Origin: Lama glama
Lineage: Eukaryota
Length of the DNA stretch: 64,000 nt
Reading direction: 5' to 3'
NCBI GenBank assembly: GCA_028534125.1
Contig: CM052849.1
Coordinates: forward strand, 20,274,001-20,338,000
The notes under the pieces were generated by a model, which saw only the letters and a list, made by a program, of their open reading frames with translations, searched no databases and had not been told where the DNA came from. The position numbers were made by a program, and so were the translations under genes. Shown one piece after another: positions 24,271 to 37,031 of the stretch; the first letter of the stretch is position 1; every line of letters starts with the position of its first letter.

Positions 24271-27213
24271 GGTGGGCGTTCATTCTCCTCCTCCCAGTGG
24301 TTTGAAAGACTGTTGACTGCTGTCAGCAGTCAGGGCTGGGAGTGCACCTGTTAGAAGCTACCCCACTGCCCCTAAATGGCTTAAACAAGACCAGTAGCTA
24401 GTCAGGCTCACGTGCTGAGCCGTGAGGGAGGCGCAGCTCGTCTGGGGCTCACGAGGTGTCTCGAGGATTCGCCTCCAGGCTCAGCTCCCCCCGGCGGGCC
24501 GCGTTCTCCAGCTCTGCCTCCTGCAGCCCCAGCTCACCTCGCCCTCCACAGCCCCTCTGGGCTCAGCAGGAGCCCTGGGGTTGCAGCTGCCTGGCCTTGG
24601 CCAGCCAGACTGGGGTCCTGAGCTTCTCCCTCAGCGTAGCGCGATGCCCAGGAGAGAGCAGTGTTCTGGTCCAGCTCCTGCTTCAGGTGGGGTGAGCTTC
24701 GTCCAGAATTCACGCACCAAGAGGGCGGGGTTGGGGGTGCTGGGCTGTGGGGGAGCAGAATCCAGTGCACTTCTCTGAACAGCCTACTTATGTGTCCCTG
24801 AAATGGCTCCACGGCACGTGTCATAAATACCCCTGAAAAAGTCTGCCGTTGAGCCTGTTCCTCGGTGTTGACTGAGTTGCCCCCGCCCCCGCCAGCTGTG
24901 TACACAGAAGTGCCTTTGGTGTCGCTGCAGAGGTGGGGGCATGCCTGCCCTTCAGTGTCCGGGTGCTGCTGGTGCCAGAGCACGTGCTGTCCGGGCCTGG
25001 CAGGGCGGTGGGCTGCTGGCGACCCTGCCTTTGGGCCTGAGCTGCACCTGTGTCCTCCCCACGAAACGCGTGTCACCCTGGCACTGACGCCCTGGGTCGC
25101 GGGACGCGTGCTGAAGCGCCCCACTCTCGAGTGGCTGCTGGCAGGCTCCCGAGACGCGTCGGCGCAGGCCGCCCTGGGCCGCGGTTGTTGGGGGCTGCGA
25201 CTGGGCGTGTGCGATCGGTTACCTTTTTCTTTTCAATTCTCAAGTCTCTGTAACTGCTGGGGTTTTTAATATCTTCTTAGTACTTTCAAGCTGGAGGGAG
25301 AGTGATGAGCTCATCACAGCGCATCACCCGAGTTCAGCCTGGGCAAGCCCCCATGCCAGGCTGCTGACTTTCACCTTAATGGTGAAGGATCATCAATCGT
25401 TTGATCTGAATCACTAGACCCCATGACTTGATTACAGGCTGTATTTTCAAAGCATCAGTTCAGTTAGCCCCTTGCCTTCAGACAGGGTGCTAAGCTACAA
25501 ACACTGCGGAGAAACAAGTGTCCCTACTGACGGGCTTTAGGATGAAGGCGGAAGAGGCACTAATGGAGTTCAGAGATACCAGGTGTCGGCTGGCAGGAAA
25601 GCGTGAGCAGGAGCTCATCTGATGAGCCGCCACTCGCCCTGTGCAGTTCTCCCGGGCCGGCCCCTGCGGCGCGGCGCCCGCCTGGCTCTTGTGCCCCTCG
25701 GAGGATGTCCACGGGGGGACATGCTTCCCTCTCTCCTCCTCTAAAGCGCACAGCGTCGTGACTCCACGCCGTGGTTCTGTCCGAGTGTGCAGTGAAGGAG
25801 AACGCTGAGAAAGGCAGCCATCCTGGGTTTGTGTCCCCTTGCCCAGAGCGGACCACTTCCATAAAGGACAGAGAGCACGGCGCAGTCCTCCTGAAATGGG
25901 CTCTGTGTCCGTTTCCCTGGCAAGTCCCCATGCCCGGCCTCAGGAGGGACCCGCAGCAGCCCTGACTGCCCTGTGGTGCCCGGGGCCCCGAGCCCTCGCT
26001 CACGGAAACGCTTAGTGGTGGCCTCTGCCCCAGTCGCATCTCCTTTTCCGTGCAGTGTGTGTCCCTAGTGTTACGGGGGTTAATGCACTAAAAGCTGGTT
26101 TTTTCAGCAGCAGCAGCACAGCTCTCTATCAGCCAAACGCCCGGGGGGAGGGGGAGGGGGGTGAGCAGCCAGCACTTCCCTTCCTCCAGCCACAGAAGTT
26201 AGAAAGCTCGCGGTGCTTTATTTATTTTTGTCTTAATTTAAAATGTCATTTAGTATGCATGCTTACAGAGTGCCTGAGTAGAAATTAGGTGTTCTTAGAT
26301 GATAAAGGTTGGTGTCATGTTAGAACTGTTTTAACAGCAACCAATTATTTTAGAATTTAACCTGAAGACTCTTACTGCTATAAAAGAATTTGAAGCGAGA
26401 AAGGCCTGTTTGCTAACAAGAACTGCCCCGCGACAAAGCGGGTTCCCCGGAGAAGGTGTGGACAGAGCCTTAGAAAGGAAGTGGCAGTGAAGGAGGGGAG
26501 GCCTTTCCCCAGGCGCCCGTGCCTAGGGCGTCTGAGCGGGAATAAATTGCGGTGGGAACAGGGCGCATTGTTCTCCAGCGACTCTCAGGCCTGCTGCCCC
26601 TCCGCTCGTGGTGGGTGGACGGCGGGGAAGGCGGGCAGTGCCTGTGAACGGCAGGAGGCCGCGACATTGCCGTCAGGCCGGGGCCCCCACCCGGCAGCAT
26701 CCCCCTCTGGTGCCAGCCCTGCGACAGCACTGAGGTCTCCTCTCAGAGCCCCCGGCAGACGCATGACTGCGGGGGAGTCATCTGCACAGTGTGGGTCCCG
26801 GCGGACCCAGGGAGAGGAGCAGGAGGCCAGGCCCGCGGCCCACAGCAGCAGCAGCCGCGCTGTCTGCGAGACACCCCCCCGCCCCAGGGTCGCCCTCCAT
26901 AAACCTTGTGGCTCAGCCCTCTGGGTCACAGGATGATAAACTGCAGGTTTCTCGGTGTATCTCAAAAGTGAGTGGTGCTCCCTGGCTGCAGTTAAAATTC
27001 ATTTCAAGCGAGCTGGGGAAACGGCCTTTCTGAGTCCGAGGGGCAGGGCGGGCGGTGGGCGCCGTGGCCGCGACGGGGACGTGGCGGCTGGGCTTGCTGG
27101 GTCTCTCTGGGGCAGGCTGTGTGGGGGCAGGGAGGGAGCTCTTTTCTTCACCTTACAGTGTGACGTGGACAGATGTTAGTGTTGACAAAAATAGGGTCAC
27201 CGTGGCATTCTTA

Positions 27214-27329
27214 TTTTTTGTTGGTTTTATATGTATGTATACATTTAAATGGAGGGACGGGGGACTGAACCCAGGACCTCGTGCATGCTAAGCATGCACT
27301 CTGCCCCTGCACTATGCCCTGCACACTTG
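27214..27329 (-). mobile_element. tRNA-derived SINE, Vic-1-like, antisense
   Basis: Reverse complement reads ...GAGTGCATGCTTAGCATGCACGAGGTCCTGGGTTCAGTCCCC...; 14-bp TSD 27200-27213 / 27330-27343 with 2 mismatches. Confidence 0.82.
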
Positions 27330-27797
27330 CCGTGTCATTTTTAAAAGCTGAATACTAACTCGCTGCCTGGAATTGTTCGCCGTATTGAACCAGTAGCCTC
27401 CCTTTGATGGTCATCCAGGGTCATTGTAAGGTGGTGTGACGTGGTCCTTAGGTGTGCGTCCTGCACACTTGCGGGACTGTCTCTTCAGAACGAATTCCTA
27501 GAAATGGGATTGCTCTGGATGGCACGGTGCTGAGGGTGGCGGTTCCTTGACCTGTGCGCTGGTGATCCTGTTGTGAAAATTCAGCAGGCAGTGCCCTTCA
27601 GATCCGTGCCCCCTCTGTGTGTCTGGCGCACTTGGCTGCAGAGCCTTTGAACGACGGATGCTGACTCGCCAAGTGCAGTGCTGTGCTGAGTGAGTGCGTG
27701 CGGGGTGAGGCTGACTTGTGCTTAACAGCTTATCTTCTGTGGGATTCCTGTCCGTGGCTTTATTTTTTCCCTTCAGTTCTGCTGAGACACAAAACTG

Positions 27798-28245
27798 TGT
27801 TGACTGAAAAATAAAAAGCACGATGTGAGAGTTGTGGGTTAGGTTTCATTCGGGGCAAAATGAGGACCGTAGCCCAGGAGACAGACTCTCAGATTGCTCT
27901 GAGGATCTGCTCCAAAGAGGTGGGGGAGGTCTGTGTATGTGTGATTTTAGTGAAGGGGGCACATGCGGTCAGGCACGCAGTTGGGCAGAAGGTTGCTGGG
28001 CACGAGGAGCAGGTGTCACCATTGATGATGTTAGTGCTTTTCTAGAAATGAGGAATGCAAGTGTTCGGGCTCCTAAAACCTCCTGAAAATGTCCCACTGT
28101 CTAGGGCCCGTTCTGCCAGTTTTCCCAGAGCACTGATCGCCCCGTTGCTGATCTCCACCTTGAACTCCCTTCAGGGTGTGGTGGCTCATGGCCTCATCTT
28201 TGCAGAACCAGGCGGCTAGTGACAATTTTCTATTTAGCAGTTGGC
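27798..28245 (-). mobile_element. ERV1 solo LTR, artiodactyl MER41-like
   Basis: 'tgttgactgaaaaa...gagagttg...gcccaggagacagactctcagattgctctgagg...ctgctccaaagagg...ttagtgcttttcta' matches the recalled MER41-family layout; no TSD found. Confidence 0.65.
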
Positions 28246-28254
28246 CCACAGCAC

Positions 28255-28385
28255 CGTGTGTATAAGGTGTGCAGCGAGATTTGACTTACACATATTGCAA
28301 AATAACCACCACAGTAACTTCAGTTTACATCCATCAGCTCAGGTAGACACAAAAAAAGAAAGAACCGTGTTTTCCTTCTGACAGA
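28255..28385 (-). mobile_element. L1MA-like 3'UTR fragment
   Basis: 'gatttgacttacacatattgcaaaataaccaccacag...acatccatca'. Confidence 0.6.
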
Positions 28386-28861
28386 GGGGTTTTTTTCATT
28401 CTTTTTCTGTTGAAGTGTAGTCAGTTAACAGAGTTTTTTAAAACAGAGAGGAACCTCTTCTAGTTCAGGCGAAGCAGAGTCATGAAAACCTAGTGCTCAG
28501 GTGTGAGAAATCCCCTCTTCAGTGGGAGTCGCAGCTGTTTGTGGAAGGGCGAGCGTGGTGCCCTCCGTGCCCTGGTCCCCCCACTCCATGCCCTGTCCCC
28601 CCCCAGCACCGCCACAGCCCGGTGTGCTTGGAGAGGAGCCGCACACGGGGAGCTCGCAGGGAGAGGCGGGCCTTCGTTCTCCTGGCCTCTGAGGAGCCGT
28701 CAGTCTCCCTGAGATGCCAGGGATGTTTTAAGAGCCCCCGGGAGAGACGTGGTCTGCTCTGAGAGGTGTTGGTGCCTTACTGGTGAGAGGGCCCCAGAGC
28801 TGAAGTTGTATAAATGCACATGTTACATGTTACGATTTCCCGGGTTTGCTCCCGTCCCCAG

Positions 28862-29127
28862 GAAGCCAGCGCTGCGTCCTGTCCCCTGCTGACCGGAGGC
28901 AGGCCTCTGCCGACTTCGGACGTTAAAGCCCCAGATGGGCCCCCGAGCAGAAGCAGAGACCCCCCGAGGGAAGAGGAGAGGGAGAAGAAGAAGAAGAAGC
29001 ACAGAAAGCGGTCGCGGACCCGCTCGCGCTCTCCCAAGTACCACTCGTCGTCCAAGTCCCGGTCCAGATCCCACTCAAAAGCAAAGCATTGTCTTCCCAG
29101 TGCCTATCGGACGGCCCGGCGCTCCAG
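28862..29127 (+). CDS. SFSWAP: SFSWAP exon (approx. 14), start of the RS domain
   Basis: ccgtccccag|GAA GCC...TCC AG|gtgggt; ...[36 protein letters not shown]...AYRTARRS. Confidence 0.96.
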
Positions 29128-32100
29128 GTGGGTGTGCAGGGCGCGGCTCCCCAGCCCGGCCCCAGCCCGTGCGTCTGTGCGCAGATGCGTCCTGCCAGCT
29201 CGAGCAAGAGCCTTTCTGAAGCTCCTCGGCTACTGCTGGCTGTTTTTGAAAATAGATTTAAATTTTTAACAGATCTTGGAAGCAGGCCTAGCATATTTGC
29301 TGAAATGTGTGGCCAGCTTCACTGGGTTGGGGGTCTGTGGTTAGGTTTGAGCGGGTGGACTTAGCCAGGCCAGTTCCTTTTGAACGTGTAAAGCCGGAGC
29401 AGAAGGCTCCCTGCTGCGGCGGCGGGCACCTCCGCGTGGTGTGCGCGTGGGCACGGGGAGAAGGGCGTGCGGGGCGCGCGTCCATTCTCTCAGTTAAGCT
29501 GCCTCTGCACGTCTCCCACTCACAGCCACTGTGTAACCAAAAGCCACCTTCACGAGGAGCCAGCTTTTGAAAAAGCAGCTTCACATTTCAGGCAGCAGAA
29601 GTAATACATGTGAAAACCTGTAAGATCACAGAATGTACTGCTTAATAAGACACTTCTGTTTTGTTTTGTTCTGTTCCAAGCAGCTGGCTCACAGGAGGTT
29701 CAGAAAAGCAGATTTCTGGTCTTAGAACTCCCATCGTGCGTTCTGGTTTGTTCCTGAGTGTCAGTTGGACCTCCCTGAGTTTCCCTTCAGCACAGCGCTT
29801 GCACGGCTGTGAACCAGCTTTTCCAACACAGTCGATGTTAGTGCCTTCCTTTCCGTGGGAAGAATGCGGACGCCCTGTGCGTTTTGCTTTCTGTGTTTGA
29901 AGAAGTATGCTTACGTACACATGCGCCTCTCTGAATATGCCCCAAACCAGGTGCTTTTCCTGTTTCATCCAGACCAAGCCTTAAAGGCTTGCCTAGTGTT
30001 TACACTTACCTACGGTATTACGGGATTTGCCTCCGAGACAATAAATTTGATCTTTGGCGCTCTGCATCTTTGCTGGTCCTTCAGGAGTTCTGTCAGTCCT
30101 CACACACACACCCCCTTCATTGCTGTTCAATTAAAAGAACGGCTTTGCTGATGCATTTGCAGGTTTTGAAGGCCCCCAGACGTGTGCATATGTGCCAAGA
30201 CTCTTTAAAGTTCCTTATGTGAGAAAACTTGTGACATCAAATAGTGGAAATAAATCACACAGGCCTATGCAAGCCCTCTGAGTACTAACACACCCAGTGG
30301 AGCTGACGCATAAGCCCCCAGCTGGGGGGCGGGTAACTCCGGGCTCCTAGGGGGCTCTGTGGTCTGCGACCTGCGCCTCCACGTTGAGTGTCCGGCCAGC
30401 ACAGTAGGCACTGGTGCGTAGTATTGAAACGCAGCCCGTCTGCTCGGTTGTCAGGAGGGACGGTGTAATGGCCACAAGCTTTTCCCCAGACTGGTCTGTT
30501 CAGAACTGAAAGTGTTCGTGAAACATTTGGGATTACAAGTTCCTAGGTTTTTGTGCCTTTTATTGACCATCTATAATAGAATAAGCCATTCTATGTATAA
30601 TGTTAATGCTCTTGAAGTAGCTTTTATTCTACAACAGACTGAGTTACGTATGTCGTGTACAAGTACATGTTACGTTGTGAACACGTTCGGTGCCGGCAAA
30701 TGCGAGGGGCACAGCCCTAACCCTGAGTTTGTGATTTTCAGTTAAAAGAAAACAGCGCCTCACGGTTTCAGTGTGAGCTCTGGGCCGACAGGCGGCCGAC
30801 CTCACCCTCATTTGACCTACAGGTGAAATTGTTCGTGGGTAAACAGAGTGTTTCCATAACTCGCGAACTTCTTTCCAATCTCAGTGGCATCTCTGTGATA
30901 CTTCGTTAGCGCTGGTCACAGCGGCTGGCTTCAGTTCACCAAGTCAGTCGGGTCTTCGATGTTTGGTTTTGCAGTTCACAGCAAGTATCAAGGCAAAGTG
31001 CAGCTGTATCATAAAAAAACTCTTTAATGGTTTTGTAAAACGGAACCTTCCGACTGTTTGTCCAGTAAGTTTTGCTCTGAAAGCTTGTGCGTGATGGCGA
31101 TGCTCCCTGAAACCAGGGCCCTGCGGTGGGCTGGAGGTCTTGGCGGTGAAGCGGGGAGACCAGCTGTCCTGTGGGTGGGGCCTGGGCCCTGGGGACCCGA
31201 GTCAGATGAGTCACCTTCACCTTGAAGAATCCTGCCTCAGCTCTTACTTCTGAGACGAGTGTATCGTTCGCTAACACTGCATTTTCCCTAAGCTGGTTGC
31301 AGACCTGCTGTCTCAGTCCAGGCTCACACTGATCACCCAGCCAACAGCGACCGGGTCCAGGGATCCAGCTGGGTCTAGAATGCAGTGCTTACCAGACGGA
31401 GAGGCGCGTCTTCTCAGTCACACGAACCGTTGACGTGTCAAAACAGCTTCATTTTAACCAAAAAGTTGACGTTGTTAACGGTACTGTCATAATTCCTTCT
31501 TTAACTGTCCGTCTTTTCAGACGGACTAACTGGCTGCAGACGTAATGCCTACGTAGCAGGCAGCAGCCCTGCGTCTCGGGCCTGGCGCGGCCTAGTCCGT
31601 TGTTCTGTGAAGGCGACTGCCAGCCCCAAGTGGGAGGGCGCGTGTTAGTGTTTCTGCTTGTGGTGGGGTTCCGCAGTGGGAGTGGATTTCCCTTTGTGTG
31701 CTGAATTATCAGCACCCTACGCAAATGTAGAAAGTCAGCGTTAGAAAGCTCTTCTGTATCGTGAGTGATTTTTATGTTAACATGTTAACGTTCCTTGTGG
31801 TTGAAGTCCCGTTTATCCAGTTGGTCTGAATTAGAGGTGGCTGGGTCTCCAAAGGTGAACTCGTCGTGGAAACGTCTTCCGTTTTGGAAATCAGTCTGCT
31901 GCTTCTCAGAAGGCGCAGTAATTACCACCAGGCAGCATTCAGTGCGCTTTAAACCAGCACTGATTAAAGTGCGAGGCATTTGTCTCGGTCATTGTCCGCT
32001 TTCACGTGACAGCAGGTTTATATTTTAATGGGATGAAGACGTACGCATGGAGTTTACTGCCTAAAATTAAAATTTGGTTTTAGCGGTTTAGGTAATTTAA

Positions 32101-34853
32101 AACTAAACTTAGTGAGACTAAAGCTTAAAGTTCAGTTTATTTTTGAAGCCTTCGATAAGCTCGCCTTTGGTGTCGTTTCACTGGTTAGTCGGCGTCTGCG
32201 GGGGGAGGTTCGCACCCTGCGTTTTGAGGCGCTCTGTGTGGAGGGGCTGCGTGGCTCCCCGTGCCGCGTCCAGAAGTGAAGCCCCCCAGGAATCTGTCTT
32301 GGCGGGGGGTGGCTAGGACTTAATGTGGCTTTTTTAACAATTATATTTATCGTTCAAAAAGAACTCAAGCAGGCAAAACTGGGGTCGTGTTTGGTTTGAA
32401 GTATGTAATTCCTCAGTTTCCCCATGATAAACTGCGTGGCAAACCCGTGAGGGTAACTGGTTTAACCTCCTGATCCTCATCCTTAAAGGAAGCTTGGGGC
32501 GCTTGGCGTCCCCACAAGCTGACGGCCCGCGTGCTGGTGTTCCGGGAAGCGAATCATGACCCACAGACAGAGCTGGCCCGCTGTGTTAATTGCAGTGTCA
32601 GGAGGGACGGGGGCGCACTGGCCCCGGGAGGGGTTCATTGGGTCTGCAGTTCAAACGTGAGAAGAGCCAAGGCTTGGAGGGCTCTTGGTTGCTCAGTCTG
32701 GTTGTCGGCACCAGGTCCTTGCTGCCGGCCCCGGTCCACTCGGTCAGCCCCGCGGGGACCTTGAGTTTTGGTGAAGCAGCAGGACTGGAGGGGGTGGGGG
32801 GATGAAACGGTTAAATGCTGGGGAAGGGGGGCCGCTTATAAATACCGCTGTCATTCAGACTGAAAGTTCTCTTGTGCTTTTATTTGAAAGGAAACCATTA
32901 TTATTCAAGGGAAAAAAATCTGAGTAGCGTCATGCTTGAAATTTTTTGGATTCAGACTAGTTCATCTTTATGAGGCCTCTGGTCACATCGTACAGATGAT
33001 TTACTTACAAAGTGGAATTCCTGTTCTGTGCACTGTGTCATGGTAGCAATATTAAAAGCCTGATTAACAGAATAAAAGCATTGGAGCTTCTTTAATTAAA
33101 ATAAAGCCTGGGCATTATCTGATACAGCTCACGGCCCTCAATTCTGAAATGGGCTTCTTTCCCAGGTAACTCGAAGTCCACCGGTAGTAGCCGCCGCCCT
33201 TTAGAGAGATCTGATACCGTTAGCCACCACAAAACGGCACTGTATTTCAAAGTTACGAATCTGCAGGCATTAAAAACAAATGCGTTGTTCCTGGTTGCTG
33301 AGTTTATTGTAGGATTCTGCGTGTAAGCGTTCCGCAGGTGCTGTGGCTTTGATTAAGCTGAGCTTTCCCAGGGTCCTGCTCCCGCCCCGCCCAGCCTGTT
33401 CCGAATGGGAGGTGTGTGCCTCCTTCCGTGTCACAGGCCCACAGCCTCCCAGGCACGTGGGGCCCGGGCCCCGTCAGAGCAGCCAGCCGTGGCGGCGGCA
33501 GAGAGGACAGTTCCCAGGCAGCCTGGACCTCGGGCACATTCACCTCCTGGAGCTCTTTTGAGGGAAAACCTGCTAAAATGTCAGGGTGTCTGACCGACCT
33601 CACCTTTGTGATCTGTTACCTGAATCTCAGGAAGGGTCTGGGGGAGAAGAGGTGAAAACCGTCCTTTATATGAGCTGCAAGACGCTGTGTTAAGAGCTGT
33701 CCTGAGGCCGAGGCCGTGCGTCCCCGCGCCGGGCCGTTCCGGGGCCACGGTGCCGTGCCAGGGGTGACTCGGGGCTTTCTCCGCAACCCAGCACGGGGAG
33801 TGTGCTTACGGGCTGTGCGCCTGCAGGGTGTGGTGTTCGGGGGCGGCTCCTGGGACTGAGGCGACTCCATGTGGGATTTCCTTGGACGGCAGAAGCAGAC
33901 ATCTCTCCTTTCCATTGTTTTTGAGCGGGTTGTCATAGAGACGGGACGGAAAGAAAGTGTTTTTTCCAGATTTCTGCTTATTTTAGGTCTTCCCTAAACA
34001 GTAATTTCACCAAAGGAACAAAAAACTAAAATAAGAGTCCTGAACCCATTGTCAAGCAGTGCTGTGCTGAGGACGTTGACCCTGCGGGCGAGGGTCTCAC
34101 GCTGGAGTGCTGCGTGCCGCAGTCCGTGGGCTGCGGTTGCCCTGCGTGAATACAACAGTCCTCGTCTGGCACTTGAAAAGGAAGAGTAAAATATTAGTGG
34201 GTAATTTTGTTTCCAGGAAGCCTCACAAACAACTATTTAGCCGGAACGTTCATGAGGAGGGCCCGGTGTGAACTGGACTGAAGGTTCGGGCGTCACGCCA
34301 GCAGACGTGGAGGCCAGCAGGCCGTGAGATGAGTGTGAATGAGAGAAGTCACCAGGTCCTCCTCTGACTTCATGACGCTTTGGTTTCTTCCTCTTGCCAG
34401 TGTTCAAAACAAGTAGAAACAGCTCACTTGAATCTCAGGGCCTTTCCTTTACCTAATTTGGTAGCAACATCCATGAGCTGGGGATTTCTTAAAGCGATCA
34501 GGTGGGCAAAGGCAAAAGGAAGGAAGAGAAAAGGCCCGTGAGCCGCGAGCCGCAGCGGGACATCCGGCCCTAGGGTGACCATTTGGACCGGCAGCACGGA
34601 GCTCCCCTCCAGTGCCCCGGGTAGAGGGTTGGCGTTGGTGTGACAAGCGTCCTACAACGGGAGAGGGGAACATCTCCGCCTCCGAGCGCGGACGCAGTGC
34701 TGCGTCAGCAGAGGAGTGAGGCTGGGGCGGGCCTCGAAGGGCAGGCGGGGCCCCCACGGGCTCGTTCCAGGGCTGACGGCTGCCTCAGTGGTGGACGTGC
34801 TCCCCTGCCCCCCCCCCGACACAGGACTGAAACACCTGTCCTCCTCCGCACAG

Positions 34854-34979
34854 GTCCCGGTCCCGGTCCCCTCGGAGAAGAGCGCACTCTCCCGAGAGAC
34901 GGCGGGAGGACAGAAGTGTCCCCACCGCCTACCGGATGAGCAACAGCCCCGGAGTCAGCAGGAAGCGGACCCGGTCCAG
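34854..34979 (+). CDS. SFSWAP: SFSWAP exon (approx. 15), RS domain
   Basis: ctcctccgcacag|G TCC CGG TCC CGG...TCC AG|gtaggc; [41 protein letters not shown]. Confidence 0.95.
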
Positions 34980-35224
34980 GTAGGCGGCGGTTCTCACGGA
35001 CGCGGATCTGCTGGAAGGGACGGGGTGACCTGGCGCACACATTTCTAACACAGAGCTGTAGGTCGTCGGGAAGTGGCGCTCTGGCCAGCCTGAGTGGTCC
35101 CGGCAGGGTGGTCCTGGCTCTGGAACTCAGATGCAGAGGGAGCTCTCCCGTGCTGGAACCGGGTGCCCTCTGGACCCCCACACACAGGGACGAGTGACAA
35201 GGAAAACCAGAAGTTTGAGTCTCA

Positions 35225-35860
<636 letters not shown>

Positions 35861-36992
35861 TTACAGGTGTCCCAGCTGTCACCAGACGAACTCGTGCACA
35901 GCCTCTGAGACGCCCCTTCATCAGCAAGAGCCTTGCAACAGCGGGAGCAGTTCTGAGAGGCGTTGCTGCCTGAAAAATGTCCCTGCAGTCTGGCTAGTTA
36001 TGCGCTGGGCCCGTCAGCTGATAAAATGTCATCTCTCTTTCAACAGAAACATCAGCAAAGGAGCTATAAAGCTGGTAGATTTCAGCAAGGCTTCCTGTAC
36101 AAACTCACTCTGTTTATAAATTACACTTTGTGCCGCAGAACTCCCACGCTAAGCATACATGACTGGGCCAGAATAATATGGTGAAAGTTGAAGTCCATTT
36201 TAAGTTTTATTCCTTATGCAAGTAATTGATACTTGAAATTTATCATCACTTTGGTGTAGATAAAGGGCTTGATCTAAAATTAATTCCTTATAAAAAATTT
36301 TTTTAAATAAAAGAAATTCCTTATAGCAGAAGATGTAACGTCAGAGTTCTTGCTTTGCCCCCAGATTAACCTTTGCATGAAAAGAGACATCACTGGGGAA
36401 GGCGGTGGTGTGTTAGGACTCCTCAGAACTTGTGTTGCCACCAGGACTTCAGCAAGCGTGCAAAGGAAGTTAAGGTCCGACTCACTGACAGACAGGACTA
36501 AAGCTGTGGCCAGACTCGGGGAGCCGTGAGCCGCAGGGCAGTGTGTGTGCAGTTAGTGGTCTTGATTATAAACCCGAGCCGTCTGTAGGGCCAGGGTGTG
36601 CTCTGTCAGCAGGCGAGCTGTGCTAGCCGGAGGTCAGACCCCGGTGCCCCTCCACCCTTCTGCCCAGAGTAGGGGTGGGGTCTCTGTGCTTGTGTGGCAG
36701 CAGGTGACGGACTCGCCCACCAGGGCAGGGTCACGTGACCCCGACTGGGGGAGGCGCCTCCTGCCAGGCCCGAGGGAGTATTCCTACAAACTGATTGCAG
36801 GTGCCTCCTTCACTGCCTTGTTTTTCCCGCAGGTCTCTTACCTTACTGGAAAATGGTACTTGGTGTTTAAAATAGTGCGTGAACCAGCACCGTGCCTCCG
36901 GCTCCACCCACAGTGTTACCATTCTGCCACGTGCACTTTTCTCGCTGGCTCCCTCTCCCTCCCTCAGTCCCCACTCCTTCTCTCCTCCTTCC

Positions 36993-36994
<2 letters not shown>

Positions 36995-37028
<34 letters not shown>
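36995..37028 (+). repeat. (TG)17 microsatellite, probably within an old antisense L1 remnant (approx. 36830-37560)
   Basis: Perfect TG run. Confidence 0.95.
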
Positions 37029-37031
<3 letters not shown>

